Positions 1-9,879 of a stretch of 64,000 bases of DNA are shown in pieces (position 1 is the first letter of the stretch; every line of letters begins with the position of its first letter). The notes under the pieces were generated by a model, which saw only the letters and a list, made by a program, of their open reading frames with translations, was not told the DNA's origin and made no database searches. Location of the stretch: positions 1-64,000 of the IMG/VR virus record IMGVR_UViG_3300029911_000001; one strand, given 5' to 3'. Made by a program: the position numbers and the translations under genes.

Positions 1-10
1 TGCAGTGTGA

Positions 11-823
11 TTATAGCTCGATGCCGTACCGCTTGGCAATACGGTTGCGGGTACGCTCACGAACGGATGCGGCCTTGTTCTCTTCAGAGCTTCCCTGTGC
101 TTCGGGAATCTCCAGCTTGGCTGGTGCCTCAGGCTTGGCGTTGTTGTCGCGGTCAGTGATGAACGGGACGGAGCCATCGGCCTTTTTTTCCTTCTTAGTA
201 TGAATCGGGTCTTTCTCTTTCTTATGGCACTCTTCGCAGAAATCTGTGCTGTGACCTGCCGCAAACGGGGTCATTTTGTAAGCGTGAGGTTTAGTTTTAA
301 TCTTGGCTTCCTTGTCGAAAGCTTCCTCAGCCGGTTTGGCTTCAGAAGACTCAAGTTCCTTTTCGCCTTCCTCGAACTTCTCCTCGTCAACGGTAATCTT
401 CTCTTCAGGATGTTCCTTCTCGCCTTCGACAACTTCCTTCTCACCCTCTTCGGCGAAAGCATCTTCGACCGGGGTCAGGTCGAGGTCAATACCCATGTTC
501 TCGGCGAGAGCTTCAATCGCACCGGCAACATCATCGAGTGAGTGATAAACCTCGCTGATAGCGTCGGCCACAACTTCAGGGGCCTCTTCAGCGATACGCT
601 TGAACGCGGTCGCGTACTTCTTGGTGGTAGCAAGACGGACTTGGATGGAGGCAGTCTTCGGAGCCTCGATGAGGTCGAGATTGTCACGCAGGTTCGACAA
701 GGCGTCGGCCATAGTGCCAAGAGCGTCGGCTACTTCCGCGAGAGCCACATCAGCTTCTTTCGGCTCCTCGCCAGCTACCTGACGGAGACGAGCCCACTTC
801 GATTGTTCATTCTTACTAGCCAT
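11..823 (-). CDS. acidic head/virion-associated protein (hypothetical)
   Basis: 270 aa ORF with GGAGG RBS; E/K/A-rich; K-x-A motifs; small H/CxxC/H module; TDR motif shared with 31319-32899. Confidence 0.75.
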   Translation of the reverse strand: MASKNEQSKWARLRQVAGEEPKEADVALAEVADALGTMADALSNLRDNLDLIEAPKTASIQVRLATTKKYATAFKRIAEEAPEVVADAISEVYHSLDDVAGAIEALAENMGIDLDLTPVEDAFAEEGEKEVVEGEKEHPEEKITVDEEKFEEGEKELESSEAKPAEEAFDKEAKIKTKPHAYKMTPFAAGHSTDFCEECHKKEKDPIHTKKEKKADGSVPFITDRDNNAKPEAPAKLEIPEAQGSSEENKAASVRERTRNRIAKRYGIEL

Positions 824-867
824 GATTCCTCCACTGCACTTTTTGCAGTCTACAGATGGTTTCTAAA

Positions 868-1338
868 TTACTTTTTCTTCAACAACGGATTCTTGTAAGA
901 GGCCGCTATAGCTACTGGTGGAGTATAAGTCGGCTGGGTGGGTTCTTCCACTTCTTCCACAGGAGTTACAGGTTCAGTAGTAACTCCCTCCCTGATTTCC
1001 TTAGCCTTCTTCTTAGCCCCACGCATCGTTCGCTCTTCGTAGGACTCACCCGTCTCCAAATCCTTCAACATGAAAGTCTTGATGCGACGGGTAGGGTCAA
1101 TCTGAGTGATGGTGAAACGCTTGTCGTCGCTTTGCACTGTGTTCATCGAGACGCGGTTCCAGCCACCCCAGCCAGCCATGTGGAACAAGGCATTGGGGAG
1201 TTCTGGGACGACTGTGTGCTTCTCCTGCTCTGGCTCCTCATTGACCGCCATGGATTCCCCCATAGGGGTAGGGGCACCCGGTGCAGGAGGTACAGTCGGG
1301 GTAGTTTGCTGACGAACTGGCATGAAAGGTACGGACAT
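868..1338 (-). CDS. hypothetical protein (late region)
   Basis: 156 aa ORF abutting the upstream gene; Pro-rich termini; ends in KNPLLKKK. Confidence 0.7.
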   Translation of the reverse strand: MSVPFMPVRQQTTPTVPPAPGAPTPMGESMAVNEEPEQEKHTVVPELPNALFHMAGWGGWNRVSMNTVQSDDKRFTITQIDPTRRIKTFMLKDLETGESYEERTMRGAKKKAKEIREGVTTEPVTPVEEVEEPTQPTYTPPVAIAASYKNPLLKKK

Positions 1339-1340
1339 TG

Positions 1341-2771
1341 TTAGTTCCCCACTCGATCATGAGAGGGATTATTAGCATGATGGTTAAGAACGCAATCGCC
1401 GCAGAAGAGACCCTTACATGCGGGGCACTCCGTGGGGTTGTTGCCCTTGCCACAACCCTTGCAGGTCGGGCTCTCCCACATCTTCGCGGTGTGAGCAGAA
1501 GCAGCCAACGCCATACCACCAAGTTCTGCAAGTGTGTCGCCCCCGATAGCACCTATAGCCCCTTCACCTTCGCCACTGATAGGAGCTTGCATGTTGAAGC
1601 TCTTACCCTTATCATCCTGTGAGCCGCTGTCGGGAGGGGGGTTGAGGAAGTCTGCTACCGGACCCGCTACCTTCTTGTCAGGGGTACGATGGCAGCTACA
1701 GCAGTTGGAGTTACACTTGTGACCCTTATTTGATGTACGGGTCTCGCCGCACAGAGCACACTTGTCTTCAGCCGTCTTAGCCGAAGCTGCTACTGCCATG
1801 GCTTTCTGCTTTTTGCCAATCTGCCGCATGATTTCGAGGAAGGGGTTCGGACGGTAGCCCTTGCCCTGACGCTTGATGGCGATGTCAATCAGCTTGGGGA
1901 AGTCACGCCAGACCTTCTTGAAGACAACTGGGTCTGCACCAATCTCAGCGTTCCATTCTTCGAAAAGGGTGGACTGCTTGACCGACTCCGATGCCTTGAA
2001 TGCATCGTAAATCAAATCGAACAGCACCACGTAACGAGTAGCCTGAGATTCGCCGATGTTGGTGTTAAGCCAGTTGACGAAGAAGCTGCGGAAGTGGTTG
2101 ATGTCGATGTCGGTTTCGACAGCTTCATACTCACCCTCACTCGCGTGCTCTTCCGTGTCCAACACATTAACTTCCTTGCTGTCGTCATTACCCGGCGACC
2201 ACATGGAGTCCGTGTTCTCTTGACGCATGACCTTCTTGATGTAGTTGTTGGCTTCTTCCACACGCCACATAAAAGTCTGAATCAGGAACAACGTGACCTG
2301 ACGTTCTAGAGTTTCGGATTGTGTCTTCTCGGGGAAGGAGTGGATGCGTTCTTCGAACCGGCTAAGCACCTTGCGCTTTGCCAGCGCGTTAATGATGATA
2401 TGGTGGATGGCCTCGTCCTGCTCTTCCTCATCGCGAGACATAAGTTTGGGAGCGATTACTGCCGCGAACCACTTAGCCCAGTTCATGGTTTCGTCAACCG
2501 GCAGACCGGACTCACGTATGTATTCCTTTACATACTGATCGAAGTCTTTGTTGAAAGCAACAATGTAACGCATCCAAGCAGCGTGACGTGCAAGGGCGGC
2601 AGTGACTGGAAAAAAATCAGTTGGTGGTTGGACAGGCTTGCCCTGCAAGTCGGCGAAACAGTAACGTACCGTTCCTTCGGATGCCAATTTAGACGTGCAG
2701 CGAAAGACACTCCCGTCAGCAGAATGGACGATAGCACCAGCACGGATGAGAGGGGAGAATTTGGCGTTCAT
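1341..2771 (-). CDS. hypothetical virion protein with C-terminal Cys/His modules
   Basis: 476 aa ORF with AGGTG RBS; two small Zn-finger-like modules following K-x-A motifs. Confidence 0.75.
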   Translation of the reverse strand: MNAKFSPLIRAGAIVHSADGSVFRCTSKLASEGTVRYCFADLQGKPVQPPTDFFPVTAALARHAAWMRYIVAFNKDFDQYVKEYIRESGLPVDETMNWAKWFAAVIAPKLMSRDEEEQDEAIHHIIINALAKRKVLSRFEERIHSFPEKTQSETLERQVTLFLIQTFMWRVEEANNYIKKVMRQENTDSMWSPGNDDSKEVNVLDTEEHASEGEYEAVETDIDINHFRSFFVNWLNTNIGESQATRYVVLFDLIYDAFKASESVKQSTLFEEWNAEIGADPVVFKKVWRDFPKLIDIAIKRQGKGYRPNPFLEIMRQIGKKQKAMAVAASAKTAEDKCALCGETRTSNKGHKCNSNCCSCHRTPDKKVAGPVADFLNPPPDSGSQDDKGKSFNMQAPISGEGEGAIGAIGGDTLAELGGMALAASAHTAKMWESPTCKGCGKGNNPTECPACKGLFCGDCVLNHHANNPSHDRVGN

Positions 2772-2781
2772 GCTTTTTCAC

Positions 2782-2841
2782 CTACTGTAGGTTTAGAAAA
2801 TATTTACCCGTGACATGGTTGACAATCAAATAAATGAACAT
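2782..2841 (-). pseudogene. truncated GIY-YIG homing endonuclease (N-terminal 19 aa)
   Basis: Translates MFIYLIVNHVTGKYFLNLQ*, resembling MFIYLVTNTINGKAYIG at 22735; keeps the upstream promoter/hairpin element. Confidence 0.7.
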
Positions 2842-2877
2842 ACGAATAACCCTCTAGTATAGAGGGTTATTCGTAGT
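2841..2877 (-). promoter_or_regulatory. RBS-sequestering hairpin with embedded putative late promoter
   Basis: Perfect 16-bp inverted repeat tacgaataaccctcta/tagagggttattcgta; ACTAC motif at its 5' arm. Confidence 0.65.
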
Positions 2878-2892
2878 TGACATTTCGACTGG

Positions 2893-3114
2893 TCAATCCG
2901 TGAGAGGATCGTTAGGTGCTCCGTCAGTCTTCTTATCTTCTGACATCACTGCCTTCAAAGTTTCGAGGTACTCGCTGTGATCCTCGAATGCTTGTGGGTC
3001 GTGGGGAGCACCCTTGTCGTCGGAAGCAGCGTACTTGACGCCCATGCGGTTCAATTCCGAACCGTAAAGTGAGTTCATCGCGTCTGCGTCGGACTTTGCG
3101 ATTTTCTTAGCCAT
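2893..3114 (-). CDS. small hypothetical protein
   Basis: ATG at 3114 preceded by AGGAG; 73 aa. Confidence 0.65.
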   Translation of the reverse strand: MAKKIAKSDADAMNSLYGSELNRMGVKYAASDDKGAPHDPQAFEDHSEYLETLKAVMSEDKKTDGAPNDPLTD

Positions 3115-3193
3115 GGTAACTTTTCTCCTGTTTGAGGTCAAAATGAAATCCTCTATATAATAGAGGCTTTCATAGTTGAAAATTAGAGGTTAT

Positions 3194-3601
3194 TCACTTC
3201 TTTGGCGTTGCTGGTGGTGCTGGTGTTGCCGCGGGTGGTGCTGGTGGTGCAGCCGTTTTGTACCACGCATCCTTGCTCTGGTCATACACATAACTGGTAT
3301 CCCAGCCATTGTCCTTGCGAACACGTTCGACCCATGCGGCCTCCTGCCCTTCAAGGACAGCGTACTGAGCCTTCATTTCGGACATTTTCTCCTTGTACTC
3401 TCCGCTCATGGCAGCGGCGGAGAGAGTCAAAGTCGTTTCCTTCTCGATAGCGAGAAGAACCTGAGCATGGGCAAGGGGGTCAAGCACTTTGGCCGTCACT
3501 TCAGTAGGAGTGACTGTCGGGGTCGGGGTTGGCGGTGGGGTTGACTGAGCAAGGATGCTGGTGGACACCATTGCTAAAGTAAGTAGACCGATTAGCTTCA
3601 C
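3194..3601 (-). CDS. secreted coiled-coil protein
   Basis: Sec-type signal MKLIGLLTLAMVSTSILA-Q; Pro-rich linkers; overlaps the upstream membrane-protein gene. Confidence 0.7.
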   Translation of the reverse strand: MKLIGLLTLAMVSTSILAQSTPPPTPTPTVTPTEVTAKVLDPLAHAQVLLAIEKETTLTLSAAAMSGEYKEKMSEMKAQYAVLEGQEAAWVERVRKDNGWDTSYVYDQSKDAWYKTAAPPAPPAATPAPPATPKK

Positions 3602-3942
3602 TGTGGGGGTTCTCCTTGGGGGGGTACTGTAGTTGTAGGTACTGTGCTCTGCTGGTTATTCTCTGCCCAGCTAGACACTTTGTTAATACCGTACAAAGCC
3701 CCACAAGTAGTGACAATAAACGTTGCTCCAGAAGTAAGAAATGCATCGAACTGTTCGATGGTAACGTACTTGTGATGAACTGAAACAGCGAAGGAGATAC
3801 CGACGCCGAGAATAAAGGCAATAAGACCAGCCATGTGAACTCGGGTTGAAGAGCCGGAACCATCCGACTCGCTATAGACAGACCTCAGCCAGCTAAACAA
3901 GGAAGAAAGAAACTTAAGTATGTAGGTAAATGCAGTGTTCAT
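3598..3942 (-). CDS. two-TM membrane protein, possibly holin-like
   Basis: Two hydrophobic helices after a GSSTR motif; late-type promoter motif upstream. Confidence 0.55.
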   Translation of the reverse strand: MNTAFTYILKFLSSLFSWLRSVYSESDGSGSSTRVHMAGLIAFILGVGISFAVSVHHKYVTIEQFDAFLTSGATFIVTTCGALYGINKVSSWAENNQQSTVPTTTVPPQGEPPQ

Positions 3943-3978
3943 GGAAGCTCTCCTTACTATGGAGTTTAAAGTCCAACT

Positions 3979-6900
3979 TTATTGAATGTAGCCTTTCAGA
4001 GTTCCCCCGTTAAGGGAGCTTCCCTTATGTGCAGTTACCCCCGATGATTCCACCCCGCCTATCGATGGCGGATTTGGCCGTGTGGTGCCATAGTAATCGG
4101 TCGTCAGCCCAGTGTAGATTCCGGTGTATATTGCTGGGCTTATCCCACTGAGGTAGAAACTATTGCCAGAGCCTGCGAACGGGTTGTATACATCAAACGC
4201 TGCTTCTGAAACCCAAGTTTGCGACGGCTCACTCAACATGAGCGGGTCGGCACAGAGGATGTGGTTCGTCCCGCAGGTATCCCCGCTTTGAACGCCGTAC
4301 TCGATGTTGTACGAGGACACCATATCAACCGGATTCGTATCATCGAAGTAGTACATATCGGGCGGGTTGCCGGGGTTGAACGGAGACGCCGTGTATGGCG
4401 AGGTGTAGCCGAGAACGATGTTGTTTGTGAAGTTGTACGGCGTCGTCGTGCAGGCTCCGACCGTGTTGCATCCCGGCTCAAAGAAAATAGGCTGATAGCT
4501 AACGAACGTGTTGTTTGTGAAGTTGACCGTGGCCCCCGCGTCCGCAAAGTAGTCGAACAGCGGACCACCGGCGCGGCAGTAGGTTGAGAGATATGAGCCG
4601 GGAAGCCCAGTCGTGATGTTGAAGTTCTGCGCCGCCCCGGTGAGCTGGACGGACAGCCTCATGCAGTTGCCCATCATCAGGTTGTTGTCGAAGACGAGCG
4701 TAGAGTTTGCGTCCTGCCCCCACTTCCCACTCTGTCCCATGTTGCCAATCCAAACGGAGTCTGTCAGGTTCAGATTGTGGATGAGCGTGTGTGGGCCCAT
4801 GGCGCCGTCCTTCACGTTGTAGCCGATGTAGCAATGGTCGCAGGTAAAGGTATTGAGCAGAGAACCTTGCCCAGACCACGCATCGCCAAACCCGCCACTT
4901 CCTTGGTCCCAGCACGACTTCGCCGGATACGCGGTGTTGACGATTGGATACTGCTCCAGGCATCCGTTTCCGACCATGGTCACGTAGTGCTGCGTCAGTG
5001 TTGAACCAGAAGCGTCTGGAGTCGCGTACCTTTGATAGGTTCCGCTGGTTGTAGCGGAGTCGTTTGCGTGAGTGAGTGGTCCGGTGATGGTTGTTGATGT
5101 CGCGCCCGTGATGATAATGGTCTGAGCGTTGAGGTAGGTGTACGGCGCGGAGAATCCTTCCAGTTGAATGAGGTTTCCTGCAACCAAGGTATTGCTCGCT
5201 GTCAGAGTGATGACGTTACTGGTGATGGAAAATGCAGTGACTGGTTCAGCCCCTCCACCTCCGTCATCGAAGTTCCAGCCAGCGAAGGCATTGAAGTCTA
5301 CGGAGACTCTGTTCAGGGTCGTAGGACCACCCAAGGGTCCACCGATCCCAAGGTTTGTGAAGCCGTGGATGTATAAATCCTGTAGTAGGATATTTGACGT
5401 AGCTTGGTTGATGATGACACCCCAGTTGGCGTAGTCACTTGCTGGTGAGCCGGAGCTACAAGTCGATGGATACTGCTGACCTCCTCCACCAATCGTCGTA
5501 CACGCACCATTGTGTGAGGTAATCTCCAGACCTTCTACATCAACGTATGAGCTACCACTCAAGTACAAGACTGCTCCTACTCCGAATCCTCCGAATAGCT
5601 GAGTTTCGTTACCGGAGAAAGGGTATCCAATCACAGGAGTGCAGTCCCCATCATAGGCACACCCTCCGAAGATTCTAGTAGGTTGCCCCGACGTTCCATT
5701 TTTGGGTGGAGGAATAGAGCACCCGTAGGAGGTTGTAACTCCATGACACAGGCCGTAGGTATTATTTGGATCGACTTGACCGATTCGGCAGGCCGGTGAC
5801 GCCGGGTTGACTTCATTCGGCTGGTTAGCGCAGCTACGGATGACGTACGTGTCACCGCCGTTTCCAACCCACGCTTGATTGCCATACCCGCCTGTCGTGT
5901 ATAGATAGGGGGCTTCATTGAATGCACAGTGCTGATTCGGGGTTGAGCCTATAGGCGCTGTGTCCGCCGTACCATCGCAGGTACCGGTGGGGTTGTCCGT
6001 AGCATCATAGCGAGGTCCACCATTTGATCGTACGAACCATGTCTGGGCTCCGACAAGGGTGTAAACCGCACTCACTACTGAAGAGTTCGTAAGCCCAGAT
6101 TTAGTACCTATAGCCTTCACAGTCTGTGTGGAAGAGACTGTGATCGGAGCAGAGTATGTAGACCCGCTTGAGCAGGTTCCGGGAGTTAATGCTGCGGGGG
6201 TTGAACCATCAGTCGTGTAGCAGATCGTCGCGCCACTGGTAGAATCGCTGATCGTTACTGTCTGAGTGGATGTGTATGTGCCTGTCCCCGGCGAAAAGGT
6301 TGGGTTGGCGACCGGGGTTCCTACGTCGTCGGCCACATAAGGCGACCCAATTGAGTCGCTTGGATAGATAAACATAGCAGGCATAAGCCCAGAGACGGCG
6401 TTGTTTGACCCCGAGGTGCCCGAGCAGATGGTTGTGCTGGTGGTCACATCGGTGACTATATAACTATTTGGGGATGACCCTACCGTACCCGGCGTGAATT
6501 GAAATTTAATCGTGTGGCCTGACGCCGGTGCGGTCGAGCACCCGCCTAAATCTGCTCTAGAACCGCTACCCGCGACAATGTAGAAGACAGACCCGATATT
6601 GGGAATGTAAAAATACCCATCGCCGGTTGTGTCGGCTACGCCTAGTCCAGAATATCCGCCCCCAGACCAATTCAAAACTGCCTGACTATAGTAGGGGTTG
6701 GTGAACGTCAGACTATTGAGTGAAACCATGCAATAGCTGCCGCCCGATGTTACAGCGGTGCCAGAAGATGCTATGCAGGTTGACGGAGCAGTGCTGTCCT
6801 GAGTCCAATGGGAGCCAAGTGTTGAGCCTGTAAAGTTGTCCGTGTAAATCGGACCAGTAGCCCATGTGTACGTGGTCATCGAGAACGGGGGGAGCGTGTC

Positions 6901-9363
6901 GCCGGACGGATTGCTCAACGTCGTAGGCGTAGGCTGGACGATGGGGGGCGTTCCGCTGCTGATTACAGTGCTCTCATTGTTGTCCGTGATGTTCGTGCTG
7001 GTAAATACGGTCTTCGTGACTGTCCCGGTTGGAGCCGCCGCGCCTGCAAAGGTCACCGCCTCGCTGCTGGTCAGGTTCAAGTTGTAGACGATGAGCGAGT
7101 AGTTCCCCGCCCCATCCCCGAATCCAAATGCCTGCACATACGGAACAGCGGGGTTAGCCACGATTTGATACGTGAGCGTCGTCCAGCCGGGATTGGGCTG
7201 CGCCGCTGGTGAACTGTAGGTCGGGGTTCCCGTCTGCGTGACGGCAAGCAGATTCGGCAGCATGGCGGCGTTGACCATATTCAGCGCGATTCCAGACGGC
7301 CTGTCCACCACGCTTGCATTCGTCGGCCCCGGCATGATGCGATTAAAACCCCACAAGGGAGACTTGAGCGCACTGGAGGTACCGCAGGCTCCCGCCGTGT
7401 CGCTGGTCGCTGTATAAAAGGCGTTGGCGTCTTCCGGCAACGCAAAGGCGTTCTGTACCAGTACACCAGCATCGCGCACGCCGAGCAACATATTGAGCGT
7501 TGCATCCAAGCCTGAACCAATACCAGCTACCACGCCGTTGATGGTGCCTTGGGTGACTCCAGCCAGTCCGCATTGGGTGCCGAGGTTGGTCTCGTAGATC
7601 GCTCCCTGCACGCCGAAGTTTGATTGCGAATAGTGCTGGAGGAAGTAGGTATAGCCTGTGCCGGGAATATTAGACGACACCGAATTATAGTTTGAAAGCT
7701 CGGCGAACATCGGTCCAAAAATGTTGGCATTGGAACTGGTGTCGGTCATGATGTTGAAGACATATGGAGCGCCGTCAATGTAATCGGGGGCAGAGCCCGA
7801 ACTGGCGGCTTGCGTCAAGACGTTCTGGTTCCAGCCGCCGTTATCGTTCGACTCCAACACGAAGCCGGAACCAACCATCTTCATCTTTGAGTTGTAAAAG
7901 GACGAATCCCTGAAAATCGCCGTATTCTCGCCGAGAAGGGTGCCGTAGACTAAGCCCTGATTCGCATACAGGTTCTGCCCGTTCGGGCCATTCCAAATCT
8001 CATTACCCATCTCCAGATAGATGTGGTTAAAAACCGAAGTCCATGGGGTAATCTGCCCCGAGTTGCAACGGATAGTAGTGTAAGCATTGCCATTGCCGCA
8101 CGTGCCTGACAGATATGCCTCAAGACTCTGCACGTCATAAGGGGTTGCGTAGGCGGAGAATGTTATCCACGGGTCAGCACCAATTGCAGACGCCAGTTGT
8201 AGTTGCTCTGGCCATCCAATGTCGATGATCCCGCCGTACTGACCAAAAGTACTCGCTGCGCACATCGCACGCGACTCGTAGGGAAGCATGACATTCTCGA
8301 CTGTGCATCCCCAGATGCCTCCCGTCATCAGACGTAGAATCCCCGGCTTCAACGCTAGAAGCCGCTGGTAGACGGCGTTGCGGAACGGTGTTGTGTTGCC
8401 ACCGGTGGGTGCTTCGGTGAGCGCCACGTCCTGCACAATGACTGTGCCGCTGGCGACCGTGAGTTGGACGTTGATTCCTTCGGTTACTTGAGAGCCTGTC
8501 TCAGACGCTGTGAAGGTCTCGGTGTAGTTCGTCCACCCGGCTCCGGCAGTTGCATTAACTGTGGGAGTCACTGTCCCAGTGGTGAAATATGTACCGCCAA
8601 TTCGGTTTACCTGATACGAAATCGTCGGGGTTCCTGTGGTGCCCTTGGCACGGAAGCTCAGCGTATACGACCCATTCAGGTTGATCCACACGTTACCAAG
8701 GGCAGGCTGATCGGCCTGCATGGTCAGCGTATTTGGCGCGACCATATGGAGAGCCTGCGGGGCGGTAGAAGATGGCGACAGGTCTGTGGTCTCGAAAGAG
8801 CCGTTGGCTGTGCTGCTCAAGCCAAAGTAACCCGCTGAACTCGCCGCCGTCGATGTATACCCACCGGCGCAGGTGCTGAGAGCCGACGTACACCGCACGA
8901 TCATCAAATCGCCGTTCGAGCATCCTGTTCCCCATGTGCCATGGAGAGTCTGCCCGTTGGACCCGGAGGCTGCGTCGCTTGACGTGATCGTTCCTGTCTC
9001 ACCCGTGTCTGCGCCGTAAACAACCTGAAAAGTAGCTCCCTGCCAGAAGTTCGCAGGCTGTGGGGAGTACTGGTTCTGGTCAACCCATGTCGATGTGGTT
9101 CCCGAAAGGCAGGTTGTTGCCATGTTCCACATCTGCGGGTTAAAAGAACCACCCGCAGCGGCCAGCAGATTTGCCGACATCTGACCGTTGAGATAGAGCG
9201 CGCCATCGTCAAGATTGACGCCAAAGACGTGCCCATTTGGACCTGTTGGCAGGACGGATTGGATACCGCCGCCCGACGCCACGGGAATCGTGATCGTCGT
9301 CTGGGCAAAAAGAGCCCCTGAAAACAATAAAACCAAAAATAGAACTAGGTTTTTACTTAGCAT
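3979..9363 (-). CDS. secreted multidomain protein: clan-A (GH51-like) glycoside hydrolase, Fn3/CHB_HEX_C-like domain and right-handed beta-helix
   Basis: Signal peptide (SGALFA-Q); FRNAVYQRLLALKPGILRLMTGG, EMGNEIWN and IYETN motifs; PTFSPGTGTYTSTQTVTISDSTSGATICYTTDGSTP; C-terminal beta-helix repeats ending TDYYGTTRPNPPSIGGVE. Confidence 0.75.
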   Translation of the reverse strand: MLSKNLVLFLVLLFSGALFAQTTITIPVASGGGIQSVLPTGPNGHVFGVNLDDGALYLNGQMSANLLAAAGGSFNPQMWNMATTCLSGTTSTWVDQNQYSPQPANFWQGATFQVVYGADTGETGTITSSDAASGSNGQTLHGTWGTGCSNGDLMIVRCTSALSTCAGGYTSTAASSAGYFGLSSTANGSFETTDLSPSSTAPQALHMVAPNTLTMQADQPALGNVWINLNGSYTLSFRAKGTTGTPTISYQVNRIGGTYFTTGTVTPTVNATAGAGWTNYTETFTASETGSQVTEGINVQLTVASGTVIVQDVALTEAPTGGNTTPFRNAVYQRLLALKPGILRLMTGGIWGCTVENVMLPYESRAMCAASTFGQYGGIIDIGWPEQLQLASAIGADPWITFSAYATPYDVQSLEAYLSGTCGNGNAYTTIRCNSGQITPWTSVFNHIYLEMGNEIWNGPNGQNLYANQGLVYGTLLGENTAIFRDSSFYNSKMKMVGSGFVLESNDNGGWNQNVLTQAASSGSAPDYIDGAPYVFNIMTDTSSNANIFGPMFAELSNYNSVSSNIPGTGYTYFLQHYSQSNFGVQGAIYETNLGTQCGLAGVTQGTINGVVAGIGSGLDATLNMLLGVRDAGVLVQNAFALPEDANAFYTATSDTAGACGTSSALKSPLWGFNRIMPGPTNASVVDRPSGIALNMVNAAMLPNLLAVTQTGTPTYSSPAAQPNPGWTTLTYQIVANPAVPYVQAFGFGDGAGNYSLIVYNLNLTSSEAVTFAGAAAPTGTVTKTVFTSTNITDNNESTVISSGTPPIVQPTPTTLSNPSGDTLPPFSMTTYTWATGPIYTDNFTGSTLGSHWTQDSTAPSTCIASSGTAVTSGGSYCMVSLNSLTFTNPYYSQAVLNWSGGGYSGLGVADTTGDGYFYIPNIGSVFYIVAGSGSRADLGGCSTAPASGHTIKFQFTPGTVGSSPNSYIVTDVTTSTTICSGTSGSNNAVSGLMPAMFIYPSDSIGSPYVADDVGTPVANPTFSPGTGTYTSTQTVTISDSTSGATICYTTDGSTPAALTPGTCSSGSTYSAPITVSSTQTVKAIGTKSGLTNSSVVSAVYTLVGAQTWFVRSNGGPRYDATDNPTGTCDGTADTAPIGSTPNQHCAFNEAPYLYTTGGYGNQAWVGNGGDTYVIRSCANQPNEVNPASPACRIGQVDPNNTYGLCHGVTTSYGCSIPPPKNGTSGQPTRIFGGCAYDGDCTPVIGYPFSGNETQLFGGFGVGAVLYLSGSSYVDVEGLEITSHNGACTTIGGGGQQYPSTCSSGSPASDYANWGVIINQATSNILLQDLYIHGFTNLGIGGPLGGPTTLNRVSVDFNAFAGWNFDDGGGGAEPVTAFSITSNVITLTASNTLVAGNLIQLEGFSAPYTYLNAQTIIITGATSTTITGPLTHANDSATTSGTYQRYATPDASGSTLTQHYVTMVGNGCLEQYPIVNTAYPAKSCWDQGSGGFGDAWSGQGSLLNTFTCDHCYIGYNVKDGAMGPHTLIHNLNLTDSVWIGNMGQSGKWGQDANSTLVFDNNLMMGNCMRLSVQLTGAAQNFNITTGLPGSYLSTYCRAGGPLFDYFADAGATVNFTNNTFVSYQPIFFEPGCNTVGACTTTPYNFTNNIVLGYTSPYTASPFNPGNPPDMYYFDDTNPVDMVSSYNIEYGVQSGDTCGTNHILCADPLMLSEPSQTWVSEAAFDVYNPFAGSGNSFYLSGISPAIYTGIYTGLTTDYYGTTRPNPPSIGGVESSGVTAHKGSSLNGGTLKGYIQ

Positions 9364-9676
9364 TGGTTACCCGAACTCCTGAAAGACCGTGTTGAACGGC
9401 GGGGATTATTATGGTTTTACCGTCCACTTTTACTCTCTGTTCATTACCAGTTTGCCTAATTTGCACGTAGGTTCCCGTTCCCGTAGCACAGGTTGAAGGC
9501 GACCCTGTGAGCGTTACCGAGTCAGCACAGGTACCAATTTTATGATGTGCCCCGTGTGGTAGAACTATCTTATTCAGCTTCGTGTCCCCTACTATAACGT
9601 AGAGGGGGGTGAATACGATGGTCTGAGCCATCGCGGGGAGGCAGAATAGGAACAGTAGTAATCGAATATTCTTCAC
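9353..9676 (-). CDS. small secreted protein
   Basis: GTG start after GGAG; signal MKNIRLLLFLFCLPAMA-Q. Confidence 0.6.
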   Translation of the reverse strand: MKNIRLLLFLFCLPAMAQTIVFTPLYVIVGDTKLNKIVLPHGAHHKIGTCADSVTLTGSPSTCATGTGTYVQIRQTGNEQRVKVDGKTIIIPAVQHGLSGVRVTNAK

Positions 9677-9867
9677 TGGTCGTGCTCCTTCTTCCAATTA
9701 ATACCCGCGTCCCAGAATAAGACTGCGAAAGCACGCATCTTTTCTTCCCCTGCAATTACCGGGAGCGAATCGGCGACAGGAGAAATGTGTCGCGACTTCC
9801 ACCGCTCCCACTGCTTGTTGAAATGTAACCTGCTGTTGAACTGCAATCTGCTCTGCTGTTCATCCAT
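9673..9867 (-). CDS. hypothetical protein
   Basis: 64 aa; GAGGGG RBS; 4-nt overlap with the next gene. Confidence 0.5.
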   Translation of the reverse strand: MDEQQSRLQFNSRLHFNKQWERWKSRHISPVADSLPVIAGEEKMRAFAVLFWDAGINWKKEHDQ

Positions 9868-9879
9868 GCCATACCCCTC

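Noticed and set aside
3194-3942. Complete lysis cassette (holin/spanin)
   Set aside because: No endolysin nearby and no lipobox in the secreted protein; only a tentative holin-like call is kept.
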